From contig JAPEUD010000079.1 in NCBI GenBank assembly GCA_026026165.1, positions 1 through 64,000 on the forward strand: a stretch of 64,000 nt of DNA. Reading direction: 5' to 3'. Below the pieces are notes generated by a model. The model searched no databases, had not been told where the DNA came from, and saw only the letters and a list, made by a program, of their open reading frames with translations. Positions 25,363-37,789 of this stretch are shown here, piece by piece. Numbering within the stretch: the stretch's first letter is position 1; each line of letters starts with the position of its first letter. Source of the DNA: Sarea resinae (lineage: Eukaryota). A program made the translations under genes and the position numbers.

Positions 25363-27337
25363 ATGAAGGGTCTCCTCGCCCTCACGCTGCTGCCGCTGCT
25401 TGCGTCAGCGTCTCCAGTGCTCAACGTGGGCACCATCCACCGAGAGGCTGCTCCTATCCTCTCATCCTCTCATTCAGTTGAAGTCCCTGATTCCTACATC
25501 GTTGTCTTCAAGAAGCACGTTTCCCACGAATCTGCTGCTTCCCACCATGACTGGGTCCAAGAGCTGCACTTGTCGACCGAGAAGACGAAGAGTGAGCTCC
25601 GCAAGCGGTCACAGCTGCCTCTCGTCACCGATGCCTTTCAAGGCTTGAGACATACATACAATATTGCAGGCGGACTTGTGGGTTACTCTGGCCATTTCGA
25701 TGAGGACGTTATCGAGCAGGTCCGACGGCATCCTGATGTAAGTGTCACGAGTCATGATCCTACGAGCTTATCGCTGCTTCATCCCAAGATCATCTCTACT
25801 CTATTCACTACGCCTTGTTGCTGTTTTCCCATGTATTGTTGATCTTGCAACTTCATCCCATTCCGTGCCCCTTCAACTCTGTGTCTGCTGCCCATACCCG
25901 GATTCGGAGCTCTGGGGCAGCTCTATCGTCATCGCGAGCACCTCATCGCTTATCTCCACCTGCGACCGAGCTCCCAACACGTGACCTTATCCACCCTTGC
26001 ACCATCCAGTGTTATGCTTCACATCATCACTGCTGTACAATGGCTTTAGATGATCATTAGCTAACATATCATGGCAGGTCGATTACATCGAAAAGGACTC
26101 TGAGGTGCACACTATGGGCACACTCGAGAAGAATGCGCCATGGGGTCTCGCCAGAATCTCTCACCGTGATAGCCTGAGCTTTGGTACCTTTAACAAGTAC
26201 CTCTACACCGCCGATGGTGGTGAGGGTGTTGACGTCTACGTCATTGACACTGGCACCAACACTGAGCACGTCGACTTCGAAGGTCGCGCATCATGGGGCA
26301 AGACTATCCCCGCCAACGATGAAGATCTTGACGGCAATGGTCACGGTACTCACTGCTCGGGAACCATTGCAGGCAAGAAGTTCGGTGTGGCTAAGAAGGC
26401 CAACATCTACGCCGTCAAGGTTTTGAAGTCCAACGGATCGGGTTCCATGTCCGATGTTGTCAAGGGTGTCGAATGGGCTGCCGAGAGCCACTCCAAGAAG
26501 CTCTCTGCGGCCAAGAAGGGCAAGGGCAAGAAGGGTTTCAAAGGCAGCGCCGCCAACATGAGTCTCGGTGGTGGCAAGTCCGTCACTCTTGATCTTGCCG
26601 TCAATGCCGCGGTCGATGCTGGCATTCACTTTGCTGTTGCCGCTGGTAATGATAACGCCGATTCTTGCAACTACTCTCCTGCCGCAGCCGAGAAAGCCGT
26701 CACCGTCGGTGCCTCAACTCTTGCCGACGAGCGTGCTTACTTCTCCAACTACGGCAAGTGCAACGACATCTTCGCCCCTGGCCTGAACATCCAGTCCACC
26801 TGGATCGGCAGCAAGTATGCCGTCAACACCATTTCTGGAACCTCCATGGCCTCTCCCCACATTGCCGGTCTCTTGGCCTATTTCCTTTCGCTTCAGCCGG
26901 CCAAGGATTCTGCCTATGCCGTTGCCGACATCACACCCAAGAAGCTGAAGGCCAACCTCATCAGCGTTGCCACCGAGGGTGTGCTAACTGACGTCCCAAG
27001 CAACACCCAGAACGTAAGTAGTCTATTCTCACACTGAGCGATAAATGAAGCTAACGAAAGCCTCTAGATCCTTGCGTGGAATGGTGGCGGGTCATCAAAC
27101 TACACCGAAATTGTGCACAGTGGCGGCTACGTGGCATCGAAGAACACTCAAGATGACACTGTCACGATCCAGATCCCCAGCTTCGAGGACATTGAGTCAG
27201 ACATCGAGGTGGTCCACAGCAAGATTGCCTCGGACTCGGAGAGAATGACGGAGAAGGCCGAGAGGCTCTCCGAGAAGATCGAGGACTTCGTCTCCGACGA
27301 GCTCAAGGGCTTCTTCAATGAACTCGGACACGAGTAA
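25363..27337 (+). CDS. PRB1: vacuolar subtilisin-like serine protease (proteinase B / PepC / Alp2 type, S8A) with I9 propeptide
   Basis: Exons 25363-25737, 26078-27013, 27068-27337. Signal peptide, I9 prodomain, triad motifs VYVIDTG, NGHGTHCSG and SGTSMASPHIAG. The Lys-rich insert (KKGKGKKGFKGS) and acidic C-terminal extension are characteristic of vacuolar subtilisins. Confidence 0.95.
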
Positions 27338-29382
27338 ATATATCTATACGCTGTAACGTGCAGATAAGATTACGCAGCTGAACCGCTTCCGATGTTAGTC
27401 CGATCAGACTAGAATCATGAAGAGTGGCTCGCTGGTGGTGTCTTCATACCCATGCATCTCCTATGGTTGTTTGTCGTTGCTGTGTTGTTGGTTCGGGTAC
27501 GCACGCTTGATAGCCGTGTCGTCTTATGTCTCTTGTTTTCTTTGGGTATTGGTGTCCTTGTCTGTCTGCCGTGTTGGGGTTAGTCGTATTTGTCGAGACG
27601 ATCGCTGGTTCGTAGGCAGGTCCGTGCCGGCATGTATCGTAGTAGTAGATTGCTGGAGAAACGATTGAATCTAAGTGAAAGCTCTACATACCTTGCCTGT
27701 TATTATTTTGGTGTCGATTGATGAGAGCCCATCCGTGACATGTATGCCATCCATGCACGCGTGTATGTATCAATAAATGCTATGGATACTACTACTATAT
27801 CTACAATATAATACGTATAAGAGGATGTGTAAAACGTCTTCACTATTTGTTACAGTCACTATTACTAGGTCTCTTGAAACAATTAGGCACAGCATCTAAG
27901 GATATAAAGTTGGGGTATATGCTCTAGAGATACCTAGGTACGTAAGTTTGTGCAAAGGGCGGTAGAAATACAACTTTATTTGCTTGTTTATTTGCTTGCT
28001 TGCTTGCTTACTCTCTCTCTCTCTCTCGCGGAGATCTTACTATGGGGTGGAAATTGAACGATTACAAGAAGTAATTTGCTGTAGGGAAGAGATAGGGGGA
28101 TTTCTCTTAGGTATTGGCGGTAGAATTGTCGTGCGAAGAAAAAAGGGTTGGGAGGGGGAGAGGCGGGGTCGGAAAATATTAGATGCTGAGATTTACACAG
28201 GACTTTAGTTGTTCATACACTTATGACTCGAAGTCTGAAGGCTAGAAGAGGAAAACTAGAGTATAGTAGAAGGAAAAAGTACGTCGTTAGTATCCTGATC
28301 GGCTCTAGATATAACACTGCCATGACCGTCGGTGACTCAAGGCTGACTCGGATGGGAAAGTAGGTGAAGCTGGCTAGCGCTCCTTTTCGGGAAGGAAGTA
28401 GTTAATAGGTATGTGTGCGTAGGTAGCTATTGAATGACGATGATGCCAACGGGGCCAGGGCTACTTGTTTTGGGTTGTGTTTATGACGACAAAGGGGGAT
28501 GGGATTCTCGAAGAAAGGGATAGAGCGATCCATCCTTGAACCTAGGGATTCGATGCGGAGTATAAGAGAAGGCGATTCTGCGTCACGGTGGCACGTAAGA
28601 CGAGGCGCTATTTATCCGCTGTATAATCGTTCACGATGGTAGGCTAATAGACGTATGGACTCCGTATCATAGGGGAGCGCTGAGCGGGGCTTCAGAGGCC
28701 TTGCCAGTTGTGGACAGCGCATAGAGGAAGGCTAGGTAGTCTCCATGCTCTCAGAGATAGAGAAAGCACCTTTGAGTAAAGGGCCCCTTCCCCTTTGCTG
28801 CTCCAATGACAAAACACGCGAGCTCGTGTTGCTTGTTGATCGCATACTAGTCGAAAGTTCAATGGACCGACTTGAGGGCATCGAATTGTGTGATTTCGTT
28901 TGGTTTTGCTATTCGAGTGCAATCTGCTGAGTATGACTTTCCTAGAAGGGCAGGAAAACGGGAGCCGTAGAGTGGCCGCCTGCTTTGTATTTCGCTGTGG
29001 TTATCTGTGGTGTAAACTCTTGAGTACATATTTCCTAAAAGGGGAAGAGGGGAAATCACGTCTCGCTGGTTCGCGGGGCTGCTATCGTCACTTCCTCATG
29101 GAACTCGTCCGTTGTCTGGGCTCTGTTCCTTGATCCGGCTGGCGATGCCCATCCGTCTCCCCCAGAGCCATAAATGCATCCTCGTCCTCTCGTTCTCCTT
29201 TCCTCTTCAACCTCTTCGTCTCCCATCCCCGCCTCTTTCTTCGATACCGACCATCATCATCCTTCTTGCTTCCATCTCTTCATCGATCATCACGTTCGCA
29301 ACCATCATCCTGAAGCATAGCAGCTTCATCAAAACCATCCATTTTGGCTTCCTCGGCCGTACAGAGAACAAAACAGACAACC

Positions 29383-31191
29383 ATGATGTTGTCCAAACTC
29401 GCTCATACTTCACGCTTCTCGCGTCGGAGCAAAAATCGTTCGTCGGATTCTTCCACCAAGTCGGTCCAGAATGCCGAAATTCTTCAGCACAACCACGAGA
29501 CAGCACGCCAACAAGCACTGGTCGCTGCAAACTTGGCCTATTCTCGAGGCAATGAGAGAAACGCGTCCGTCAATGATGAAAAACATCAACATGCACATCA
29601 ACACGCGACCGACAAGTTCGGCGTGCAATTTTCCGACCCTGTCCCGGTTCGCAAGCAACGATTCGAAAATGGTGATAGGACCATGAATCGTGTGTCAGAA
29701 GATGGGCTATCATTCATATCCACAACTCCTTCATCATATCGTCGACTAGCAAAGCCGGTTCCCAAGTACGGACGCGTGTCGATGCTCGCTCAAAGGTTTG
29801 AGAACAACGAGGGTGGTGCTTCCTCCGATAACACACATCGTCACAATCCCACTACCACATCATCTTCCCTCCTGAAGAAAGCCCAAAAGTTCGAAAAGAA
29901 CGACGCTGGCCTTTCCCTTCATAACACGTCTCTCCGGGACCCGACACACCCCTCATCAGCTCAAGCAAAGAAAGCCCAAAAGTGGCCTGCCCTTGATAAC
30001 CCTCCCAGCAAGTCGGCGGTCCAGCTTGCACGTGAGAAGTTTGAGCAACTCGAGAAAGCAAAATCTAAGAACTCATCCACTCCATATGTTCCGCGTGAAC
30101 ACAAACCATTCAAGAAGACTGTAAAGAGTAGCAGCTCAACCAGCTTTGGAAACGGCATCCTCGGACCACTTCAAGACACCGATCAGCCGCTAAAGCAAAC
30201 GATGGGACTTGGGGCTAAGACCAGGGATCTATCTCACACTCTCAAGACCAAGTTCAGTCACATCTTTACTCGGCATGCCAACCCGAAGGACATTGTTCCC
30301 GTGCAACAACTCAATGCAAGCCGGGTCTTCTTCAAAACATCCACAGACGACATCCAGCAACCAGAGCCTGCTCCTCTCACTTCTTTTCCCAGATTCAGCT
30401 GCACTAGCGCAGACATTGGGTCCGCGTGGTCCAAGTCCCGTGTTACAAGCTGGAGTGACTCGGCGGTCGATGAGGGTGAACCGATCCCCAATAGACCTGT
30501 CATTTTGCATCATCCCACCCCTATAAATCCGCGTGCGGCCATGCCCAAAGTCCTCAGATCTCGCCAATCGTCGGACTATGCCAGCGAGTATGCTGCGCTC
30601 ATTGGTCACCACCCGCTATCGGCGGAGAGCGACGAAAACCGCCAGTCTTCTGGTGAAGAGACCGCCTTCTACTCGCTGCCTTCGGATACCAGAAGCGGGT
30701 CTTCGGGCATTGGCCCTCTACGCCCAATTGCCGTCCTGAAGAGGAGCAGCCCAGCTCGTGGGGGGGCGGCCGAGGTCATTGTCAATGAGAACAAAGGCAT
30801 TGAGGCCGCTGCTGGAGCCGTTGATGAGGCTGAAGGGAGTGCGGCGGACGCTGATAGTGTTTACTCGCGAAACGCCAGCGGAGAAACCACCATTCGCACG
30901 ACGCCAAGAATCCAAAGCACCGAAATCCTCCGTCATCGCCGCGAGCATGCGCAGATAACGGACGATGATGTGGAAATCGGTGGTAGGTTCGGAAGTGCCA
31001 CTAAGCAGGAGGCAGCTGTTCAGCCACTTGAAGCCATCCTGAGGAGCATTAACATTGACCAACACCCACGCAAGCCTTCTAAGAGCAGCATGGCCGACGG
31101 CAGCCGCAGAGGCTCTACAAATCGGGTGCGTTGGGTTCCTGACTCTGACTCTGACAAAGAGAACTCCTTGGATCCGGGAGCTTTTGTCTAG
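29383..31191 (+). CDS. uncharacterised, Ser-rich, probably disordered fungal protein (about 602 aa, no intron seen)
   Basis: 1.8-kb stop-free ORF, first ATG at 29383, preceded by a pyrimidine-rich tract. Short islands (TPSSYRRL, AVQLAREKF, PVQQLNASR, SRVTSW) look like conserved motifs of a Pezizomycotina hypothetical family; this is from recollection, not a search. Confidence 0.7.
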   Translation: MMLSKLAHTSRFSRRSKNRSSDSSTKSVQNAEILQHNHETARQQALVAANLAYSRGNERNASVNDEKHQHAHQHATDKFGVQFSDPVPVRKQRFENGDRTMNRVSEDGLSFISTTPSSYRRLAKPVPKYGRVSMLAQRFENNEGGASSDNTHRHNPTTTSSSLLKKAQKFEKNDAGLSLHNTSLRDPTHPSSAQAKKAQKWPALDNPPSKSAVQLAREKFEQLEKAKSKNSSTPYVPREHKPFKKTVKSSSSTSFGNGILGPLQDTDQPLKQTMGLGAKTRDLSHTLKTKFSHIFTRHANPKDIVPVQQLNASRVFFKTSTDDIQQPEPAPLTSFPRFSCTSADIGSAWSKSRVTSWSDSAVDEGEPIPNRPVILHHPTPINPRAAMPKVLRSRQSSDYASEYAALIGHHPLSAESDENRQSSGEETAFYSLPSDTRSGSSGIGPLRPIAVLKRSSPARGGAAEVIVNENKGIEAAAGAVDEAEGSAADADSVYSRNASGETTIRTTPRIQSTEILRHRREHAQITDDDVEIGGRFGSATKQEAAVQPLEAILRSINIDQHPRKPSKSSMADGSRRGSTNRVRWVPDSDSDKENSLDPGAFV

Positions 31192-31296
31192 TTCGTCTTG
31201 GAAAGCCTTTTGTTTCAGTATCGTTATGAGTTGTATCTTCAAAGCTTGCGACGCCTGTGCATATTTTTTGGGGTTGCTGGATTAGGATCGTCTTGG

Positions 31297-31440
31297 GCCT
31301 TTAGACTGTTAAGAGTTGCCGTTGGACGGCCAGAAATTGCCTCTGGACTATTCTGAGTGGCTTTGGACTGTGACGGTTTGTGCTTGGACTGCTGTAAGCT
31401 GCCTTTGGACGGGGAATAAGGTGCCCTTGCCGTTGGACTG
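31297..31440. repeat. phased repeat: 7 copies of a GCC(T/G)TTGGAC core with unique 10-11-nt spacers, period about 21 nt
   Basis: Cores start at 31297, 31318, 31339, 31359, 31380, 31401, 31429 (last interval 28 nt). Confidence 0.75.
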
Positions 31441-31996
31441 GTCAGTTGAGTATGAGTTGGTTTAGCATTACATGGACTTTTAGTTAATCTGTCTGGATTC
31501 ACTCTCGTCCATGGCACCTTTCTATAATTACCAACATGAAACTGAAGCCACACTAAACTCAGACTTGGTGATTGTCGTGATAATGCTGATTATCAAATCG
31601 TGAAGGTGAGAGCCATGTCGTGTGAAATCGACATTCAAGGCATTACAAATCACATGCCTGCCATGTTGGGCATCATGATCATCTCCTGCAGCCACCAGCA
31701 CCATCTCCGACATATCTTTCTTTTGAATTTGTTAGTCATTGACATTGATGGATCTTTCCGACATCTAATTGATGGGAGAGGGAGTTATCAGAGGTGGGTG
31801 GTGTTGGGCCAAATGGCCAAATAGCCCAATCGGTGATGCCAATCTCTCGCTACTTTTACCGGTTGCTCACGCAGCTAAAGCAGCACTGAGCATGGTCACT
31901 GATGCGAAGCTCGAGATGTTGATTGTTGCGCATTAGAGTCGCCGTCAGACAACAATCCAGCAAGGGAGCCTCAATATTCCCCTCAAAGGCCCGATC

Positions 31997-34992
31997 ATGC
32001 GGCTGACCTTCATTCCCGTGCTGGTGGGCTCATTGATACCCGTCGCCTTAGCCGTCTACTCGGACGAGGCCTACCAGACAGATTACCACCTTGCGCTGCT
32101 AGGAATTCCCCAGCAGCATACAACCTTCTTTCATAGGCCCCAATCTGCTTCGAAAGCCTCTTTACTCTACACTCTTTCCGAAAAGAACATACTCGGAGCC
32201 GTCAACCCCAAAGATGGCGCTCTTGTCTGGCGAGAATCCCTTTCGTCACCATCCAATTCCAACTCCTCTGGTTTCTTGAGAGCAGGCGAGGATGAGACTA
32301 CAGTTGTGAGCGCCTTCGGCGGAGAAGTTCGGGCTTGGGATGCACTGGATGGTAAGCTTGCTTGGGGCAACGAGTTCGATGATGGATCTATCAGAGATCT
32401 CGAGGTCATCGAATTGCTGGACGGAAAGGCAGGGAGGAGTGCAAAAGATGTCGTGATACTATCCGGCGGGGCCAAGGGCGTCGTCCGGAGATTGAACGGG
32501 GAAAATGGCGATGTGCTCTGGGAACATAAGGACGAGAGGTATGACTCTAAGACATCTCCGGGAGTGGGCTAATGCTTCAGTAGTGGAGATATACCGTTCC
32601 AAGTTTCGACGTCGGCCCTGAGCATCTACTATGTATCTTTCCAGTCTACGTTACTGAAAGGACTCAAGATAAAAGTTACATCCCTGGATCCTCTTTCCGG
32701 CCGACCGGCCGGACAATACCTCCTGAGTTCCGATGGCGATATCTCAAGTCCAGACTCTGTACTATTTGTGGGCGCGAATGCAGCTTCACCCATCATTGCC
32801 TGGACAGACAAGTCGCATAAAGTGGTCAAGGTGAACGTTCTTGGCTCCAAGCACACGACCACAATCAATGTGGCTTCTAGCAATGGTGAGGAAGTTGAAC
32901 AGATCAGTGTCCATGCACCGCACTCCATCAAGGCTATGCCACACTTCTTGGTCCATTATCAGACTGTCAAAAACCATTGGGCTGAAGTGTATCACATTGA
33001 TTTGGCCGGATCATCAATATCGAAGGCTTATGATATCCCGAAGCTTGGTGGTCGAGGAACGTTCTCGACAAGCACTCAGGACGCCAATGTCTACTTTACG
33101 CGCACTACGGAAGATGAGATTATCCTCGTATCTTCCGCCTCGCATGGAATTCTTGCTCGATGGCCCATAGGTCCAGCGAGCCAAGACAGCGCATTACGCT
33201 ACAGCTATCCGGTGCATGCGGTCTCCGAGGTGGTGGCACGGCCGGGCTCCAATTACGCGGTGAGGTCTGCTCTGGCACTGTCTGGCGGCGACTGGGAGCT
33301 TGTACGCAATGGAGAATCTGTCTGGCTTAGGACCGAATCTCTCGGTGGGGTAGTGGCTGCAGCATGGGCTGAACTCAGCGAGATGAAAGACTTGGCACGG
33401 GAGTTGGAAGTCGAGGGCCATCAAAATGTGGTTCAAGCATATATCCACAGAGTGAAAAGACACCTGAGAGATCTGCAACACCTTCCCGCCTGGCTTCAGC
33501 GACTCCCGTCTCGGATTCTTGGAAACTCTGGAGACTCAGTCTCCCAGAAGGATTTGGTTCGGGATAGCTTCGGCTTCCGCAAGCTTGTCATCGTCGCCAC
33601 TGACAATGGCCGGCTACTGGCTCTGGATACCGGCAAATCTGGTGCTATTGTCTATAACGTCGAAGCGGTAAAATTGGACCTTGGGGCGAAGTGGGATGTC
33701 AAAGCTCTACATGTTCAAGATGAGGTTATTACTGTAATCGATGCCAGTGGACATGAGCTATCGGTGGAGACCTTGACCGGGAAGGTCATCGAGTCGAAAG
33801 AAAGCCAGAAATTCGTGAAGGCTACGGCGTTCATAGACGATGCTTCGCACAAGAAGCGGTTGTTGCCCATCTACGAGAACGAAGAGCTTGGAGATGAAGC
33901 AGCTGTTGTCGATGGCACGATCACGGTCGTCATACAAGAGGACGGGACGCTTAGGGGCGTGCGGTATTCAGCGAATTCGGGCCCGCAGACTTCATGGGAG
34001 TTCAAGCCAGCTCCAGGAGAGGAAATTGTTGGTTTGACATCACGCCCTCACCACGATCCTGTCGCTTCAATTGGCAAGGTCCTCGGCGATCGCTCCGTCA
34101 TGTACAAGTATCTCAACCCGAACCTTGTTCTCGTCACGGCAACGTCAAAATCGACTTCAACTGCGACGTTCTATATCCTCGATTCGGTCTCTGGCGACAT
34201 CTTATACAGCACGATCCATCAAGGCGTCGACACCAGTCGTCCGATTGTCTCGGCCATGTCCGAGAATTGGTTCACCTACTCCCTATGGGGAGACATCTCG
34301 AGCGCGACGGCATCGAAGGGCTATCAACTTGTCTTTGCCGAACTCTACGAATCAAGTCTTCCCAACGACCGGGGTTCTCTTGGCTCCAGGTCGAATTTTT
34401 CTAGTATCTCTGGAACCATCACCAAACCCCACGTCATCTCCCAGGCGTTCGTCATCCCGGAAGAGATATCGGATATTGCCGTCACGGAGACGCGACAGGG
34501 CATCACATCTCGACAACTCCTCTGCATCCTTCCCTCTTCAAATGCCATCATCGGCATTCCTCGACAGGTTCTGGACCCCCGTCGCCCGATCGATAGGGAC
34601 CCCACGGCGGCCGAGGTCGAAGAGGGTCTCAGTCGGTACGCGCCCGTGATCGGGTTCGACCCGCGCTGGATCACCAGTCACAAGCGGGAAGTCGTGGGCG
34701 CGAAGAAGATCCTCACGAGCCCGGCGCTGCTCGAGAGCACGAGTCTGGTGTTTGCATATGGCGGCGACGTGTTCGGCACGCGAGTGGCGCCGAGTATGGC
34801 GTTTGATATCTTGGGCAAGGAGTTTGGCAAGGTGCAGCTCTTGGGCACGGTGTTTGCGCTGGCGGTCGGCGTGGCCGTTTTGGCCCCCATGGTAAGTTTG
34901 GCATCTCCCATTCTCTCGCAGGGACCCCCCTTTTGCTGACTGCATGGGATTAGGTGCGACGAAAACAGATCAATGCGCAGTGGCAGAGCTGA
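31997..34992 (+). CDS. EMC1: ER membrane protein complex subunit 1
   Basis: Exons 31997-32538, 32584(or 32581)-34891, 34954-34992. Signal peptide then AVYSDEAYQTDYH, PQQ-like beta-propeller, DUF1620-type motifs (ASIGKVLGDRSVMYKYLNPN, ETRQGITSR, LESTSLVFAYGGDVFGTRVAPSMAFDILG), C-terminal TM and RRKQINAQW. Confidence 0.95.
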
Positions 34993-36558
34993 GGGCGTGG
35001 TGTGGTGTGGTGTGGTGCTGTACTGGAGTGCTGCTTACGTCGGACTGACCGATCTACTATAGAGGATTTGTATCATAGCCCAATCAACTGCCCCAATTGT
35101 ACCATTCTACTGTCTTGCCTCTTGCCTTCCTCTCGGATACGGTAGATAGATATGCGATATATCTCCATTGCCGTGGCTGCTTGGGATGTACGTACAACGT
35201 CCTGGGTGGCTGAATGCATCCGACATGTCCATCCAATTGTTAGAGGTCCACGAAAGTCATGACGCCGTTGATGGCGAGGAACCTGTCCTCAGTTGCCGCA
35301 TCGAGGCGAAGTACTGAGGTCAGTAAGATGGGCTGAAGCACACACTATGGCGAGGGTGGCGAGGGTGGGGGGCCTGAGAAGCGAGTTGGGTGTTGGGGGT
35401 TGGGGGCGTCCCGTCCCCTCTTCACTCGCTTGTTCTTCGTTCATGGCTCGGGGGATCGGCGTCGGGACAATACATGGCTGCCACGTCGGCCAACGGCGCT
35501 CCAGCTGTCTTGACGCGCGCCTGTTTGCGTGGTGGGGTCGGGTCTCTTTGACAGATCCGGCTGACAGGGACCAAGGGACAAAGGGACCGCAGGGTCGTCA
35601 CTCGTAAGCGAGGTGCCCGGCTGCAAGCGAGTTTGCAGTAAGTATAGTAGCTGGCGCGAGCGAGTCGGGGCGATGTGAAGCCGTCATGACTTTACTATGA
35701 GTACACAGGTTGTCCTGATTCGGACATCACAGACGCGCGCATGGATAGCGTGGGCGATCATGGCCCCCCAATGCCGATCTGGATCTGAAACCGAATCTGA
35801 CGATGCCGTTTGCGGTGTTTGAGTGCAGTATGGATGGATTCCTCTATCGACGATGATGGGGATGGGAAACGAAGACGATGATATGCTAACGTGAAACGGC
35901 CCAACTGCAGCTCCATTGCCCCGCGCAAGCGATGCTGACGACCATGGTCGATGCATACCTTATGGAGTATGTGCCATTGCCGACGCCATGTGCAGTCGCG
36001 GCTTGGCCTCTTCCTCGTCGGCCGGCTGTCTCTGTTCTTGTTCGTCTCGTTTGCCGACGGCGCGTGTATCCATGTGGACTCCACTAGCCGTTCGGGACGG
36101 TGCCATGCTGTCCCCGGGCATTTATATGTAGAGGCCCATGGCCGTGCCCGAGACCATGGATTGTTGATGTTTGTGCCTCCTCGATCTTCAAGATTAACCT
36201 GCCATTGACCTTCGTATGGGCACGGACTGGTATTGGCATTGATTGATTGTCTCAACTCAGGTGTCAAAGGATCCATTGATCCTTTGATCGGTTCGGCGAA
36301 TAAGCCATTCACGCTATCTGGCTCGGAGGGTTTTCTGACATTGACGTCGTCATCAAGAGCTGCATTGGCCACCACGCGGTGAATTTGCACCTTCGAACTC
36401 TCCAGCTGCTCTGCATCCCTCTTTCTGTGCCACCTGCGCTCTCCTCTCCTCGCTAGCTACCTAGCTATCTACCTACCTTACCTACCTTACCCACGCCATC
36501 TGGACCTTTTGATCTGGTTACGGATCTTCATTATCATTCCGCATCTTCAACACCCACC

Positions 36559-37680
36559 ATGTCTCTCTTCCTCCACGCTCTCTTCGCCAGAGACAAGGAT
36601 ACCGAGTACTGCACGCTGGCCACCTGTCCCATTCAAGACTCCTTCTACAACTACCTACCCTCGGCCCCCGCCAACGGGCTCTACCTGGGCATCTTTTCGC
36701 TGTCACTATGCCTCTATCTGCTCCAGGGGCTGCTCTCGAAGCGCTGGCTCGGCTTCACCATCTCCATGGTGGCGGGCTGCATCTGTGAGATTCTGGGCTA
36801 CATCGGACGCTTGATGAGCCATCACAACCCCTTCAGCCAGGTGAGCCAATTCCTTTTCGTTGATTCCCGAGTTCATCTTTGAATAATCCTCCCCGTTTGT
36901 AACCAACCTCCTTGCACGGGTGATTGACCTTTTGCCCCACAGAATGGCTTCCTGATGCAAATCGTATGCCTGACGATCGCGCCCGCCTTCATGGCCGCGT
37001 CCATCTACCTGACGCTGTCGCGCATCATCCGCGTCTTCGGCCCGGGCAACTCGCGGCTGTCGCCGTCCCTGTACCCGAAGATCTTCATCCCGTGCGACTT
37101 CTTCAGCCTGGTCCTGCAGGCCATCGGCGGCGGCATGGCGTCGGGGGCGTCGCACTCGAACAAGTCGCCCGCCAGCGGCGACCACGTCATGGTGGCCGGG
37201 CTGGCATTCCAGGTCTTCACGCTGCTGCTGTTCATGCTGCTGGCCACCGACTTCGCCGTGCGGACCCTGTCGCGCATGCGCCGGCTCGGGGCCGACGGCG
37301 CCCTGGACCCGACGCACGCCCGGCTGCGCGCCAGCTACAAGTTCCGCGGCTTCCTGGTCGCGCTGACGCTAGCCACCGTCTGCATCTTCGTGCGGTCCGT
37401 GTACCGCGTCGCCGAGCTCAGCGAGGGCTGGGAGGGCGCGCTGATCAAGAACCAGAAGCTTTTTATCGGCTTCGAGGGCGCCATCGTCGGCGTCGCCGTT
37501 TTGGTCCTGAATGTTTTCCATCCGGCGTACTGCTTTGGCGACGGCGGCTGGGGCGGAGTAGCCGGGGGTGAGGTTCGAGGCGACAGCGGCGTCGATGGCG
37601 TCCTCGTCGACCCGGCTTCTGCTAGTGATGATGATGGCGGCATGGGCAAGGCGGAGAAGGCGAATGGTTCGCTTGTCTAG
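36559..37680 (+). CDS. RTA1/Rsb1-family (lipid-translocating exporter) 7-TM protein
   Basis: Exons 36559-36840 and 36943-37680. Motifs CEILGYIGR, CLTIAPAFMAASIYLTLSRI, IFIPCDFFSLVLQAIGGG, GLAFQV, RSVYRVAELSEGWEG, HP. Confidence 0.93.
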
Positions 37681-37789
37681 GGAGCTGCCTTTTCCCCCTT
37701 TCCCCTTTCGCCCTTTTTTATCCTCAAGTCTTGACTCGGGCCGCACGGGCTCACACGGCTGCCTGGCCTGCTGTCTAGACTGGTGCTGT

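Noticed and set aside
27740..28330. RIP-degraded transposon in an AT/TA-rich patch
   Set aside because: No terminal repeats, target-site duplication or transposase/RT remnants were recognisable; it is compatible with ordinary terminator or intergenic DNA.
31297..31440. CRISPR-like repeat/spacer array
   Set aside because: The repeats (10 nt) and spacers (about 11 nt) are far too short and degenerate, there are no cas genes, and the context is eukaryotic.
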